Assembly: GCA_051010195.1 (NCBI GenBank)
Contig: JBPCVV010000118.1
Coordinates: 550-64,549 of the forward strand
Length of the DNA stretch: 64,000 nt
Source: Anderseniella sp.
GTDB taxonomy: Bacteria > Pseudomonadota > Alphaproteobacteria > Rhizobiales > Aestuariivirgaceae
Reading direction: 5' to 3'
This document shows positions 40,315-50,273 of the stretch, one piece after another. Made by a program: the position numbers and the translations under genes. Each line of letters begins with the position of its first letter. Position 1 is the first letter of the stretch. The notes below the pieces were generated by a model, which was not told where the DNA came from, made no database searches, and was given only the letters and a program-made list of their open reading frames with translations.

Positions 40315-41424
40315 ATGACCGTCCCACCTGAGTTGGCCGGTGCCACGCTAACCATCAACCTTGCCGCGCTGGTGGAGAACTGGCGCCTGATCGCGCGGAC
40401 GGTGGCGCCCGCCGAATGCGCAGCGACCATCAAGGCCGATGGCTATGGCTGCGGTGCGCGCGAAGTGGCGCAGGCGCTTTGGAACGCCGGTTGCAGAACA
40501 TTCTTCGTCGCCCTGCCCATGGAAGGCAAGCAGGTACGCGACGCCCTGCCCGAGGCAGTCATCTATATTCTCGATGGCCTGCTGGCCGGACAGGCCGATT
40601 TCTATATTGCCCATGACCTGCGTCCCTGCCTGGTGGACCCGGCAGACCTGAACGAATGGGCCGACACCGTTAACGGCAGTCACAAGGCCGCAGTGCACAT
40701 CGATACCGGCATCAACCGGCTCGGGTTTGACCGCGCGCAAGCAGAAGCCCTTGCCGCCGATGCGGCCATGATGAAGCGTGCCGGGTTGTGCCTCATGATG
40801 AGTCACCTGGCCAGCGGTGAAGACGAAGCAAACTCTTCCAACGCCAACCAGCGCGACCGGTTCGCCGAGCTGCGCAGCCTTTTTCCGGATCTGCCGGCCT
40901 CGCTGGCCAATGCGCCGGGCACATTTCTCGGGCCTGATTATTGCCACGACCTCGTCCGCCCAGGCGTGGCGCTTTACGGCGGCAATCCGCTGAGCGGCAA
41001 ACCGAACCCGATGCAACCGGTGGTTTCCCTGTCCGCCCCGATATTGCAGGTGCGCCATGTTGATCAAGGAGACGGTGTCGGATATGGCGCGACATGGCAG
41101 GCCCACAGGCCGTCGCGCATTGCCATTGTCGGTGCCGGGTACGCAGACGGCCTGTTGCGTGCCATGTCATGGCCTGCACAACACGACGGCCCCGCCAAGG
41201 CATTTGTTGCAGGGCAAATGGCCCCGATTGTCGGCCGGGTGTCCATGGACATGATCACCATTGACGTCACAGACCTGGATCCGCAACAGGTTGACCGCGG
41301 CACCAAAGCAGAGCTGCTTGGCGCCAATATCAGTGTCGATGACTGGGCGCGATGGTCAGGTACCATTTCTTATGAAATCCTGACATCTCTTGGCAGACGC
41401 TACGCAAAAGTGTACTCGTCTTGA
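40315..41424 (+). CDS. alr: Alanine racemase
   Basis: TIKADGYGCG PLP motif, HIDTGINRLG, VRPGVALYG, GRVSMDM, ISYEILT. Confidence 0.95.
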   Translation: MTVPPELAGATLTINLAALVENWRLIARTVAPAECAATIKADGYGCGAREVAQALWNAGCRTFFVALPMEGKQVRDALPEAVIYILDGLLAGQADFYIAHDLRPCLVDPADLNEWADTVNGSHKAAVHIDTGINRLGFDRAQAEALAADAAMMKRAGLCLMMSHLASGEDEANSSNANQRDRFAELRSLFPDLPASLANAPGTFLGPDYCHDLVRPGVALYGGNPLSGKPNPMQPVVSLSAPILQVRHVDQGDGVGYGATWQAHRPSRIAIVGAGYADGLLRAMSWPAQHDGPAKAFVAGQMAPIVGRVSMDMITIDVTDLDPQQVDRGTKAELLGANISVDDWARWSGTISYEILTSLGRRYAKVYSS

Positions 41425-41506
41425 GTGCATTTCGGGGACTGGGCCCTGGAGAGTGCATCAAAATGAGTGCGCGACGACCAACGGTATCAAGAGGCAACGT
41501 CCACCG

Positions 41507-42280
41507 GTGACTTTCCTGGCTCCCATCGGCAGTTTCATTCTTTCCATGTTTGCGGAAGTTGGACGGGTGAGCCTGTTTGCGCGCGATGCGGTCATTCGCG
41601 GGCTGTTGCCGCCGTGGTACTTTCGCCGGTTGTTTGAACAGATTATCCGCATCGGCTACAACTCCCTGCCGGTGGTCGGACTGACGGCGTTTTTCACCGG
41701 CGGCGCCCTGGCATTGCAGATTTACATCGGCGGCACGCGTTACAACGCCGAGAACCTGGTCTCATCCATCGTGGCGCTTGGCATCACCCGGGAACTTGGC
41801 CCGGTGATGGCCGGACTGATGGTGACCGGACGTGTGGCCGCGGCAATTGCCGCCGAACTCGGCACCATGCGCGTGACCGAGCAGATCGATGCCCTGACCA
41901 CCTTGTCGACCAATCCATTCAAGTACCTTGTCGGCCCCCGCATTCTGGCTGCGGTGATCACCATGCCGATACTGGTCGGCGTTGCCGACATCATCGGCAT
42001 CTTCGGCGGTTTTGTGGTCGGCACGTCATCGCTTGGTTTCAACTATGCGGCGTATATCAAGAACACCACTGACTTCGTGCAAGTCGCCGACGTGACTTCG
42101 GGCCTGATCAAGGCTGCCGTGTTCGGCTTCATCATCGCGCTGATGGGATGTTATCACGGCTTCAATTCCAAGGGCGGGGCCCAAGGCGTCGGCAGAGCGA
42201 CAACCAACGCGGTCGTGTCCGGTTCGATCCTGATTCTGGCAGCCAACTACGCCCTGACATCGCTGCTGTTTTCCGAGTGA
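41507..42280 (+). CDS. mlaE: MlaE family lipid ABC permease
   Basis: RELGPVMAGL, AELGTMRVTEQIDAL, GAQGVGRATT; GTG start. Confidence 0.92.
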   Translation: MTFLAPIGSFILSMFAEVGRVSLFARDAVIRGLLPPWYFRRLFEQIIRIGYNSLPVVGLTAFFTGGALALQIYIGGTRYNAENLVSSIVALGITRELGPVMAGLMVTGRVAAAIAAELGTMRVTEQIDALTTLSTNPFKYLVGPRILAAVITMPILVGVADIIGIFGGFVVGTSSLGFNYAAYIKNTTDFVQVADVTSGLIKAAVFGFIIALMGCYHGFNSKGGAQGVGRATTNAVVSGSILILAANYALTSLLFSE

Positions 42281-42288
42281 GGCGGGTT

Positions 42289-43053
42289 ATGCCTGAGCCG
42301 CACATCGTACTGGAAAACGTCCACAAGACCTTCGGCACCAAGCACGTGCTGAAAGGGATCAATGTGGGCGTCGGCAGGGGACGCTCGCTGGTGGTGATCG
42401 GCGGATCTGGCTCCGGCAAGTCGGTGACGCTGAAATGCATCCTCGGCCTGCTGCACCCTGAAAGGGGTTCGATCCGCGTGGACGGCCAGGAAATCATCGG
42501 CCTGCAAGGCAACGCGCTGGATGAGATGATGTGCCGCTTCGGCATGCTGTTTCAAGGGGCCGCCCTGTTCGACAGCCTGAGTGTGTGGCGCAATGTTGCC
42601 TTCGGGCTGATCCAGGGCAGGAAAATGAAGCCGGCTGATGCACGTGTGATCGCCATCGACAAACTGGCCGAGGTAGGCCTGGGTGCGGAACTTGCGGATA
42701 TTTCTCCAGCGGAACTGTCCGGCGGCATGCGCAAGCGCGTTGGACTGGCACGTGCCATTGCACCTGAACCGGAAATCATCTTCTTCGATGAACCGACCAC
42801 CGGGCTTGACCCGATCATGGGCGACGTCATCAACAACCTGATTGTCGACAGTGTGAAACACCTGGGCGCCACCACCATCACCATCACCCACGACATGGCA
42901 TCGGCCCGCAAGATCGGCGACGACATTGCCATGATTTACAAGGGCAAGATCGTCTGGTGCGGACCGGCAGATGAAATTGACCAGAGCAACAACCCGTACG
43001 TGGACCAGTTCATCCACGGCCGCGAGGAAGGCCCGATTGAAATCGAGCTTTGA
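42289..43053 (+). CDS. mlaF: MlaF-type ABC ATP-binding protein
   Basis: GGSGSGKS, FQGAALFDSL, LSGGMRKRVGLARA, FDEPTTGLDP. Confidence 0.9.
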   Translation: MPEPHIVLENVHKTFGTKHVLKGINVGVGRGRSLVVIGGSGSGKSVTLKCILGLLHPERGSIRVDGQEIIGLQGNALDEMMCRFGMLFQGAALFDSLSVWRNVAFGLIQGRKMKPADARVIAIDKLAEVGLGAELADISPAELSGGMRKRVGLARAIAPEPEIIFFDEPTTGLDPIMGDVINNLIVDSVKHLGATTITITHDMASARKIGDDIAMIYKGKIVWCGPADEIDQSNNPYVDQFIHGREEGPIEIEL

Positions 43054-43074
43054 ACGGGCGTTTTCCTGCTTTCA

Positions 43075-43923
43075 TCAGTCCACCAGCGGGTCTGCCCGCA
43101 TTCCGGCTCGCTCCAGATGAACTGGAAGCACGCGCCCGTACAGTTGCCGGGTTCGTTCGGGACTGCCGACCATGGCGGGTTCTTCAACAAACGAGTAGAT
43201 CGCTACATAGCGCCTGCGCGGACCCGCCAGGGGGCGCACGCGGTGCAATGAATATCTGCCCTTGAAAATCTGCAGGTCGCCCGGCTGCAGCTCAAGTGCC
43301 TTCACATCCGGGCTTTGTTCATCCAGCACGGCTGCCACCCCTGAATAATTCTCGTCATCAGGGGTCCGCAGGTTCGGGCAATATTCAAACTCTCCGCCCT
43401 GCCCGGCATTCTGGATTGCCAGTGTCACGGTGAAATTGTTGGTATCGAAATGCCATGGAAATCCGGCACCTTCTTCAGCGACATTCACAATGACATCGGC
43501 GAGCGGATCGGCATATCGAAAGAACCGGTCCTGCTGCAGCGCCAGTTGGACAAATGCTGAAAACTTTGGCCACTCGTAAATGCTTCTGATAAAGCTGTCA
43601 GGCCCGAAATTATCCGCCGGGACAAACGAATTGGAACGATCGAAAAACCGTCGCAATGGATGGCTTGGAGGATAGGCCGGATTATCCCTGGTGAAATAAA
43701 CATTGGTGCGGTTGAACGAGCGGTGCCCGTTGTCAGCGACCCGGTCCGCCTCTTCGATGAAATACGAGATGCGGTCGGCCCGCACAAAGCCCCGCAACAC
43801 GGCACATCCGTCATCGTTGAGTTGGGCCCGTGTTTGTGCAAGCAAAGCTCTAAAGTCGCCGCCTGAACGCAAATGCACGGGATATTTGTCCAGATCGACC
43901 AGGTCCAATACGTCGATAGCCAT
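43075..43923 (-). CDS. Fe(II)/2-oxoglutarate oxygenase, BesD/HalD-like family
   Basis: PWHFDTN (HxD), GGEFEY, LQPGDL..FKGRYSLHRV (distal His), RRYVAIYSF (2OG-binding Arg). Confidence 0.75.
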   Translation of the reverse strand: MAIDVLDLVDLDKYPVHLRSGGDFRALLAQTRAQLNDDGCAVLRGFVRADRISYFIEEADRVADNGHRSFNRTNVYFTRDNPAYPPSHPLRRFFDRSNSFVPADNFGPDSFIRSIYEWPKFSAFVQLALQQDRFFRYADPLADVIVNVAEEGAGFPWHFDTNNFTVTLAIQNAGQGGEFEYCPNLRTPDDENYSGVAAVLDEQSPDVKALELQPGDLQIFKGRYSLHRVRPLAGPRRRYVAIYSFVEEPAMVGSPERTRQLYGRVLPVHLERAGMRADPLVD

Positions 43924-44103
43924 GATCCCACCCTGTTCACGACGGCTCCAGATCAGACCGCACCAGGGCGAGGACCGATCACCACATGTCCGGAAAATAT
44001 TTCACGGCTGTCGGAATTGGGAAAGCGAAAACTTCAGGTTCAATTCAAATGATGCGGCGGCTATCGATAGCAATTGGCGGCGGAATCAATCTGAAAAAGC
44101 GTA

Positions 44104-44133
44104 CCCCGGACTGGGTTTTCACCAGATCCGGGG
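44104..44133 (-). terminator. Hairpin terminator downstream of the fasciclin gene
   Basis: CCCCGGA-CTGG...CCAG-A-TCCGGGG stem, followed on the minus strand by TACGCTTTTT. Confidence 0.5.
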
Positions 44134-44160
44134 CGCTGTTACGGAAATCAATCCGTACTG

Positions 44161-44649
44161 TTATTTAGGCATGATCACGGCGTCGATAACGTGGATGACG
44201 CCGTTGTCTGCTGCGACATCGACAGTCACGACTTTGGCACCGTCAATCATCACGCCGCTGTCGTCAGCAACGATCTTGGCTTCCGACCCCTGAGCGGTCT
44301 TGGCCATGGTTTGTTTGCCTGCAATGTCGGCGGCCATCACTTTGCCGGGTACTACGTGGTAGGTGAGAATGGCAGCAAGTTGGTCCTTGTTTTCAGGCTT
44401 CAGCAGATCTTCCACGGTACCGGCCGGCAGCTTGGCAAAAGCCTCGTCGGTGGGTGCGAACACCGTGAACGGCCCATCGCCCTTCAAGGTGTCGACGAGC
44501 CCAGCTGCCTTGACGGCGGCAACGAGGGTGTTGAAGGAGCCGGCGGCAACCGCGGTATCTACGATATCTGCGGCTTTGGCACTCACGGTACCAAGAGCCA
44601 GTGAAGTTGCGACGGCAGTGGCCGCCAAGATCGAACGAATGCGAGTCAT
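44161..44649 (-). CDS. Fasciclin (FAS1) domain secreted protein, MPB70/Nex18-like
   Basis: Signal peptide; [35 protein letters not shown]. Confidence 0.93.
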   Translation of the reverse strand: MTRIRSILAATAVATSLALGTVSAKAADIVDTAVAAGSFNTLVAAVKAAGLVDTLKGDGPFTVFAPTDEAFAKLPAGTVEDLLKPENKDQLAAILTYHVVPGKVMAADIAGKQTMAKTAQGSEAKIVADDSGVMIDGAKVVTVDVAADNGVIHVIDAVIMPK

Positions 44650-44875
44650 GTGAGTATTCCCTTGTTTATCTGAACAGTTGAATTGTCCCAAGCACACCGT
44701 TCAACGCGTGTTGCCCGGGAACGGATGCCGGCATTTCACCTCGCGAAAATCTCCGGCCGGATAACGCCGATGTGAACGTTTCAGGTGATCCATCATTCAG
44801 TTGCCGCCATGTATCGCTGTGCATGCGGTCAAAAATTCGACTCGACATCGTTCTCTTTTTGTTCTATGACGCGGC

Positions 44876-46255
44876 ATGGGAAAGATCACACTGAGATTCG
44901 TCTGCCAGGGCTGCGGCGCTGCATATTCGAAATGGGCCGGGCGCTGCGAAAGCTGCGGCGACTGGAACTCGTTATCTGAAGAAACTTCGACACAGGTTCC
45001 GGTCTCAGGCGCCAAGGGTGCCGCTATGCCGAAAGGCCGTGCAACCCGGCTTGTCGGGCTGGAGGGCGAGACGCCGATGCCGGAGCGCATCATGACCGGT
45101 ATTGCCGAGCTGGACCGGGTTGCCGGTGGCGGATTTGTACCGGGATCTGGCATCCTTATCGGCGGAGACCCGGGCATTGGCAAATCCACCCTGTTAACAC
45201 AGGCACTGGCCAGCGTTGCCAATGCCGGACACAAGGCGGTTTACATTTCAGGTGAAGAGGCAATTGACCAGGTACGATTGCGGGCACGGCGTCTCGGGCT
45301 CGGCACCTCTCCTGTCCTGCTTGCCGCTGAAACCAATGTCTCCGATATTCTGGCCACATTGAGCGAAGGTGAACCGCCGGCTGTGGTGGTGATCGATTCC
45401 ATCCAGACCCTGTGGTCTCCAGTGATCGAAAGCGCACCGGGTACCGTCTCGCAGCTTCGCGCCGGCGCAGAAGCGCTGATCCGTTTCGCCAAGCAGAAGG
45501 GAGCGGCGGTCCTGCTGGTCGGGCATGTCACCAAGGACGGCCAGATTGCTGGGCCCAAGGTAGTCGAACACATGGTCGATACGGTGCTCTATTTCGAAGG
45601 CGACCGGGGCCATCAGTTCCGCATTCTGCGCGCGGTCAAAAACCGGTTCGGCCCGACAGATGAAATCGGCGTATTTGAAATGTCGGACGCCGGCCTGCTT
45701 GAGGTGGACAATCCTTCGCGCCTGTTCATGGGCTCCGGTGAAACGCCGACACCGGGTTCGGCAATCTTTGCCGGCATGGAAGGCACCAGGCCACTTTTGA
45801 TGGAAGTCCAGGCACTGGTTTCGCCATCCGCGCTTGGCACGCCGCGGCGCGCCGTGGTCGGCTGGGACCAGAACCGCCTGGCCATGGTGCTCGCGGTACT
45901 GGAAGCCCACGGCGGCGTGAATGTAGGTCAGCAGGACGTCTATCTGAATGTGGCAGGCGGCATAAGGGTCAAGGAACCGGCCGCGGACATGGCGGTGGCA
46001 GCAGCCCTGGTATCATCCCTGACCGGTGCGGTGATCCCGCCATCATGTGCTTTGTTCGGTGAAATCGCGCTGTCCGGCGCGCTGCGCCCGGTCGGCCAGA
46101 GCGACCAGCGCGCCCGGGAAGCGGCAAAGCTCGGACTGGAGACCGCGATAGTGGCGCAAGAAGGCGAAATGAAACAGCGTTCAGCGCCGGCCTTGCGCCA
46201 GATGGCCAGCGTGGCCGACCTGGTTGCCTATATTGCGGGACTGCCCAAAGGTTAG
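44876..46255 (+). CDS. radA: DNA repair protein RadA/Sms
   Basis: C4 zinc finger (CQGC...CESC), GDPGIGKSTL, KNRFG, Lon-like C-terminal domain. Confidence 0.97.
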   Translation: MGKITLRFVCQGCGAAYSKWAGRCESCGDWNSLSEETSTQVPVSGAKGAAMPKGRATRLVGLEGETPMPERIMTGIAELDRVAGGGFVPGSGILIGGDPGIGKSTLLTQALASVANAGHKAVYISGEEAIDQVRLRARRLGLGTSPVLLAAETNVSDILATLSEGEPPAVVVIDSIQTLWSPVIESAPGTVSQLRAGAEALIRFAKQKGAAVLLVGHVTKDGQIAGPKVVEHMVDTVLYFEGDRGHQFRILRAVKNRFGPTDEIGVFEMSDAGLLEVDNPSRLFMGSGETPTPGSAIFAGMEGTRPLLMEVQALVSPSALGTPRRAVVGWDQNRLAMVLAVLEAHGGVNVGQQDVYLNVAGGIRVKEPAADMAVAAALVSSLTGAVIPPSCALFGEIALSGALRPVGQSDQRAREAAKLGLETAIVAQEGEMKQRSAPALRQMASVADLVAYIAGLPKG

Positions 46256-46515
46256 ATTAAACGTCGCGCCAGCCTGCCCCCGGTACGCAGGTCAGCCGTT
46301 GCGGATGCGAACCGGTCCAAACTTGAATTTCATCATGCAAGTTATGCAAATACGGTGTGTGTAACCACTCTGTCACATTGATTTTGACAGGCTTCCATGT
46401 CACACAGAGCCGACTTGCTGACCGGCGGGCCAGCTTGTCCTGTTAGTGTGCATTGCATAGACGTGCGTTTGCCGTTTTGACCGCGCCGGCTGATGCCGGG
46501 GGAGTATTTTTGAAC

Positions 46516-47190
46516 ATGTCTTTCACATGGCTCGATGTAGTGCTGGTTTCTATCATGTTGATTTCCGGTTTTCTCGCAGTCATGCGAGGATTTTTCCGTG
46601 AAATAATGTCACTTGTGGCCTGGGGCGGCGCGGCAGGAGCGGCTGCTCTTGTGTTGTCGGTACCGGAATTGCGCCAACAAGCATCGGACGTGCTGAAGCC
46701 TTACCTGGATAATAATGACACCCTGATCATCATTGCAATTGCCGGAATAGTGTTTCTGGTGATGCTGATCGTTCTGTCGATCATCACTGTGAAACTGTCC
46801 GATTCGCTGCTTGAATCCGGTGCGGGCCCGATCGACCGGACGCTGGGCTTCATGTACGGCCTGACGCGCGGTCTCGTCCTGATGGTAATCATGTTCACAC
46901 TTTTCGTCTGGTACATTCCGCGCGAAAAGGTGCCTAATGAGTTGCGCGATGCAGCCATGTTGCCATTGGTGGAGAATTCGTCGTTTTTCCTGGTGGACAC
47001 CATGCTGACCATAGGATGGATGCAGCCGGCCCTGGCCGAGGACCTCAATGGCAAGATCAGGATTTCAGGCGGATCGCGTGCGAACAGCGAAACCACTCGC
47101 AGCAGCACCGGTGAGGGCAATTCAGGATACCAGTCGAACCAGCGAAATACGCTCGACCAGATTATTGAAAGTACGCAGGGCCAGCAGTAA
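46516..47190 (+). CDS. cvpA: CvpA family membrane protein
   Basis: RGFFREIMSL, DRTLGFMYGLTRG; directly upstream of purF. Confidence 0.88.
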   Translation: MSFTWLDVVLVSIMLISGFLAVMRGFFREIMSLVAWGGAAGAAALVLSVPELRQQASDVLKPYLDNNDTLIIIAIAGIVFLVMLIVLSIITVKLSDSLLESGAGPIDRTLGFMYGLTRGLVLMVIMFTLFVWYIPREKVPNELRDAAMLPLVENSSFFLVDTMLTIGWMQPALAEDLNGKIRISGGSRANSETTRSSTGEGNSGYQSNQRNTLDQIIESTQGQQ

Positions 47191-47230
47191 ATGATACAGT
47201 CTGCGGCCAGTGAGACCCAAAAGGCAGAGC

Positions 47231-48709
47231 ATGATGACGGACGCTCAAGACAGACTGACCTTCGAACTGGATATGGACGGCGACAGCTTGCGCGAAGAAT
47301 GCGGCGTTTTCGGCGTGTTCGGCCATGACGATGCCTCCGCCCTGACAGCGCTTGGACTGCATGCGTTGCAACACCGTGGCCAGGAGGCCTGCGGCATCGT
47401 TTCCTTCGACGGCCAGCGGTTCCACTCTGAACGTCGCATTGGACTGGTCGGCGATGCGTTTTCAAAACCGTCCACCATGGAACGGCTCAAGGGACGCTCG
47501 GCCGTTGGCCATACCCGGTATTCCACAACAGGCGAACAGGTGTTGCGCAATGTGCAACCCATGTTTGCGGAACTGTCCACCGGCGGATTTGCCGTGGCCC
47601 ACAACGGCAATATCACCAATGGGCTGGCGCTGCGCCGCTCGCTGATTGCCGAGGGCGCGATCTGCCAGTCGACATCCGACACCGAAGCCGTGCTGCACCT
47701 GGTGGCCCGGTCGCGCCAGCGCCACCTGGTTGACCGCTTCATTGATGCCATCAAGGCACTGGAAGGCGCATATTCTCTGGTCTGCATGTCGTCGAAGAAA
47801 ATGATCGGCGTACGCGATCCACTGGGAATTCGGCCGCTGGTGCTGGGGGAACTGAACGGCGCCTATATACTGTCGAGCGAAACCTGCGCACTGGATATTA
47901 TCGGCGCCAGTTTTGTGCGGGAGATCGAAAATGGCGAGGTGGTCGTCATAACAGAAGATGGTGTTCAATCCATCAAACCGTTCCCGCCACAACAGGCGCG
48001 GCCGTGTATCTTTGAGTATATCTACTTCTCCCGCCCCGACAGTGTTATCGGAGGACGGTCGGTTTACCAGGTGCGCAAGGAGATGGGCCGCGAACTGGCC
48101 CGCGAGGCCGGCGCAGACGTCGACGTTGTCATCCCGGTTCCCGATTCAGGCGTACCGGCTGCTCTGGGCTATTCACAGGAAGCGGGCGTGCCGTTCGAAC
48201 TGGGCATCATCCGTAACCACTATGTGGGCCGCACCTTCATTGAACCGACACAGCAGATCCGTGCCTTGGGCGTAAAACTCAAACACAATGCCAACCGGGC
48301 GATTATCAAGGGCCAGCGCGTCATGCTTGTGGATGATTCCATCGTGCGCGGCACGACATCGGTCAAGATTGTCCAGATGATGTTCGAGGCCGGCGCCAGG
48401 GAAGTGCATATGGCGATCGCATCGCCGCCCATCACGCATCCGGATTTTTACGGCATCGACACGCCGGAGCAGAAGGCGTTGCTGGCTGCAACCCACACGA
48501 TTGAGGAAATGAGCGAATACATCGGCGTGCAATCGCTGACCTTCCTGTCGGTTGACGGTATCTACCGAGCGGCCGGTTATGAAAAGCGGGACCCTGTCCG
48601 CCCGCAATTCACCGATCATTGCTTCACCGGCGATTATCCAACCGCCTTGACCGACTATAGCGACGGCGGTAACCCACATCAGTTGTCGCTGCTGGCTGAA
48701 GCGGGATAG
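47231..48709 (+). CDS. purF: Amidophosphoribosyltransferase
   Basis: EECGVFG propeptide junction, QHRGQE, VDDSIVRGTT. Confidence 0.97.
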   Translation: MMTDAQDRLTFELDMDGDSLREECGVFGVFGHDDASALTALGLHALQHRGQEACGIVSFDGQRFHSERRIGLVGDAFSKPSTMERLKGRSAVGHTRYSTTGEQVLRNVQPMFAELSTGGFAVAHNGNITNGLALRRSLIAEGAICQSTSDTEAVLHLVARSRQRHLVDRFIDAIKALEGAYSLVCMSSKKMIGVRDPLGIRPLVLGELNGAYILSSETCALDIIGASFVREIENGEVVVITEDGVQSIKPFPPQQARPCIFEYIYFSRPDSVIGGRSVYQVRKEMGRELAREAGADVDVVIPVPDSGVPAALGYSQEAGVPFELGIIRNHYVGRTFIEPTQQIRALGVKLKHNANRAIIKGQRVMLVDDSIVRGTTSVKIVQMMFEAGAREVHMAIASPPITHPDFYGIDTPEQKALLAATHTIEEMSEYIGVQSLTFLSVDGIYRAAGYEKRDPVRPQFTDHCFTGDYPTALTDYSDGGNPHQLSLLAEAG

Positions 48710-48760
48710 ACCGGGCCCGACACTGGTTTCACCCGCGGTTTGAATTTCAGGAAACGATCC

Positions 48761-49492
48761 ATGGCAAAATCACTGGCTGGGCGCATCGCGCTGGTTACGG
48801 GCGCGTCACGCGGCATTGGCCGGGCGATTGCATTGCGGCTTGCACGCGAAGGCGCCCATGTGATTGCCACGGCGCGTACCGTCGGCGGCCTTGAGGAGCT
48901 TGATGACGACATCCAGGCAGGCGGCGGTTCGGCAACGCTGGTGCCGCTGGACATCAAAGACTTTGCCGGCATCGACCGGCTGGGCACGCCGATCGCAGAA
49001 CGCTGGGGCAAGCTTGATATTCTTATCGGCAATGCCGGCATCCTCGGGTCACTGGCCCCGCTGCAGCATCTAAAACCGGACACATTCGACGACCTGATGG
49101 CGATCAATGTTACCGCCAACTACCGGCTGATCCGGTCACTGGAACCACTGATCAAGGCGTCAGACGCCGGACGCGCCGTGTTCGTGACTTCCGGTGCTGC
49201 ACACAAGGCGCGGGCCTACTGGGGCGGATACGCGGTGTCAAAGGCAGCGCTTGAAACGCTGGTGCGGACCTGGGCGGCGGAGCTTGAGACAACCAACGCC
49301 AAGGCAAACCTGCTGAACCCCGGCCCCATCGCCACCCGGATGCGGCGCCAGGCAATGCCGGGTGAAGACCAGGCAAACCTGCCCACACCGGAGCAGTTGG
49401 CGGATGCGATGATTTCGCTATGCTCGCCGGATGAAACGTCCAACGGTGCCATTCATGATTTCAAGGATGGTGTGCTGACACAACGGAGTTGA
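48761..49492 (+). CDS. SDR family oxidoreductase
   Basis: VTGASRGIG, GNAG, YAVSK. Confidence 0.9.
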   Translation: MAKSLAGRIALVTGASRGIGRAIALRLAREGAHVIATARTVGGLEELDDDIQAGGGSATLVPLDIKDFAGIDRLGTPIAERWGKLDILIGNAGILGSLAPLQHLKPDTFDDLMAINVTANYRLIRSLEPLIKASDAGRAVFVTSGAAHKARAYWGGYAVSKAALETLVRTWAAELETTNAKANLLNPGPIATRMRRQAMPGEDQANLPTPEQLADAMISLCSPDETSNGAIHDFKDGVLTQRS

Positions 49493-49496
49493 AACC

Positions 49497-50258
49497 ATGA
49501 ATATCGCCCAGGCGCTGGCAGACGCCCGCACTCAAGAGCGCAAGCTGGATGCGTATCCGGGGGATGCCCCGGACAGTGAAGCCGCCGCCTTTGCGGTTCA
49601 ATGTGAGGCCGCCAGCCTGACCGGATGGACGCAGACCGGCTGGAAAATCGGCTGCACCAGCAAAATGGCCCAGGACATGCTGCGGGCAGATGGCCCCTTC
49701 CCCGGCCCCGTCTATGCCGAACGTACGTTTCCCGACGATGGCGACGTGCCGATGAGTAATGCGGCCATTCGGCTGGTTGAACCGGAAATTGCCTTCGTCA
49801 TGGCGCGCGACCTGCCGAAAGGAGCTTCACAACACTCCATCGAAGACGCCATTGCCGCCGCCGCGTCAGTTCACCTGTCGCTGGAACTGGTCAACCGGCG
49901 TCTGCCGGGTGGCCTTGAAGACGGCAATATGTGGAATATCGCGGACGGCGGATGCAACGACGCCTTCGTGCTCGGGCCTGCAAATGAGGTACTGCCGGCA
50001 GGCGACTATGCGGCACTGGAACTGCACGTCAGCAAGAACAATCAGCCGGCTACGACCGGTGTCGGCGCCAATGCGTTGGGTGGACCGGACATTGCACTGG
50101 CGTGGCTTGCAAATTATCTCAACACCCAAGGATTGATACTGAAAGCGGGAGATGTGGTCACGACCGGTGTTGTCACCGGGCTGGTCTACGTCGACCCCGG
50201 CGACGAGATCATCAGCACGTGCGCGGGCTTGGGTGAAGTCAGCGCACGCTTTAACTAG
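49497..50258 (+). CDS. Fumarylacetoacetate hydrolase family / 2-keto-4-pentenoate hydratase-like
   Basis: GWKIGCTS, VEPEIAF, LAWLANYL, LKAGDVVTTG. Confidence 0.85.
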   Translation: MNIAQALADARTQERKLDAYPGDAPDSEAAAFAVQCEAASLTGWTQTGWKIGCTSKMAQDMLRADGPFPGPVYAERTFPDDGDVPMSNAAIRLVEPEIAFVMARDLPKGASQHSIEDAIAAAASVHLSLELVNRRLPGGLEDGNMWNIADGGCNDAFVLGPANEVLPAGDYAALELHVSKNNQPATTGVGANALGGPDIALAWLANYLNTQGLILKAGDVVTTGVVTGLVYVDPGDEIISTCAGLGEVSARFN

Positions 50259-50273
50259 ATTCACATCAAGCAG

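Noticed and set aside
42289-43074. mlaE-mlaF without an adjacent mlaD
   Set aside because: A separated mlaD is common in Hyphomicrobiales-type genomes, so this is not unusual.
38802-46255. Possible inteins or insertions in dnaB and radA
   Set aside because: Both have standard length and continuous motifs.
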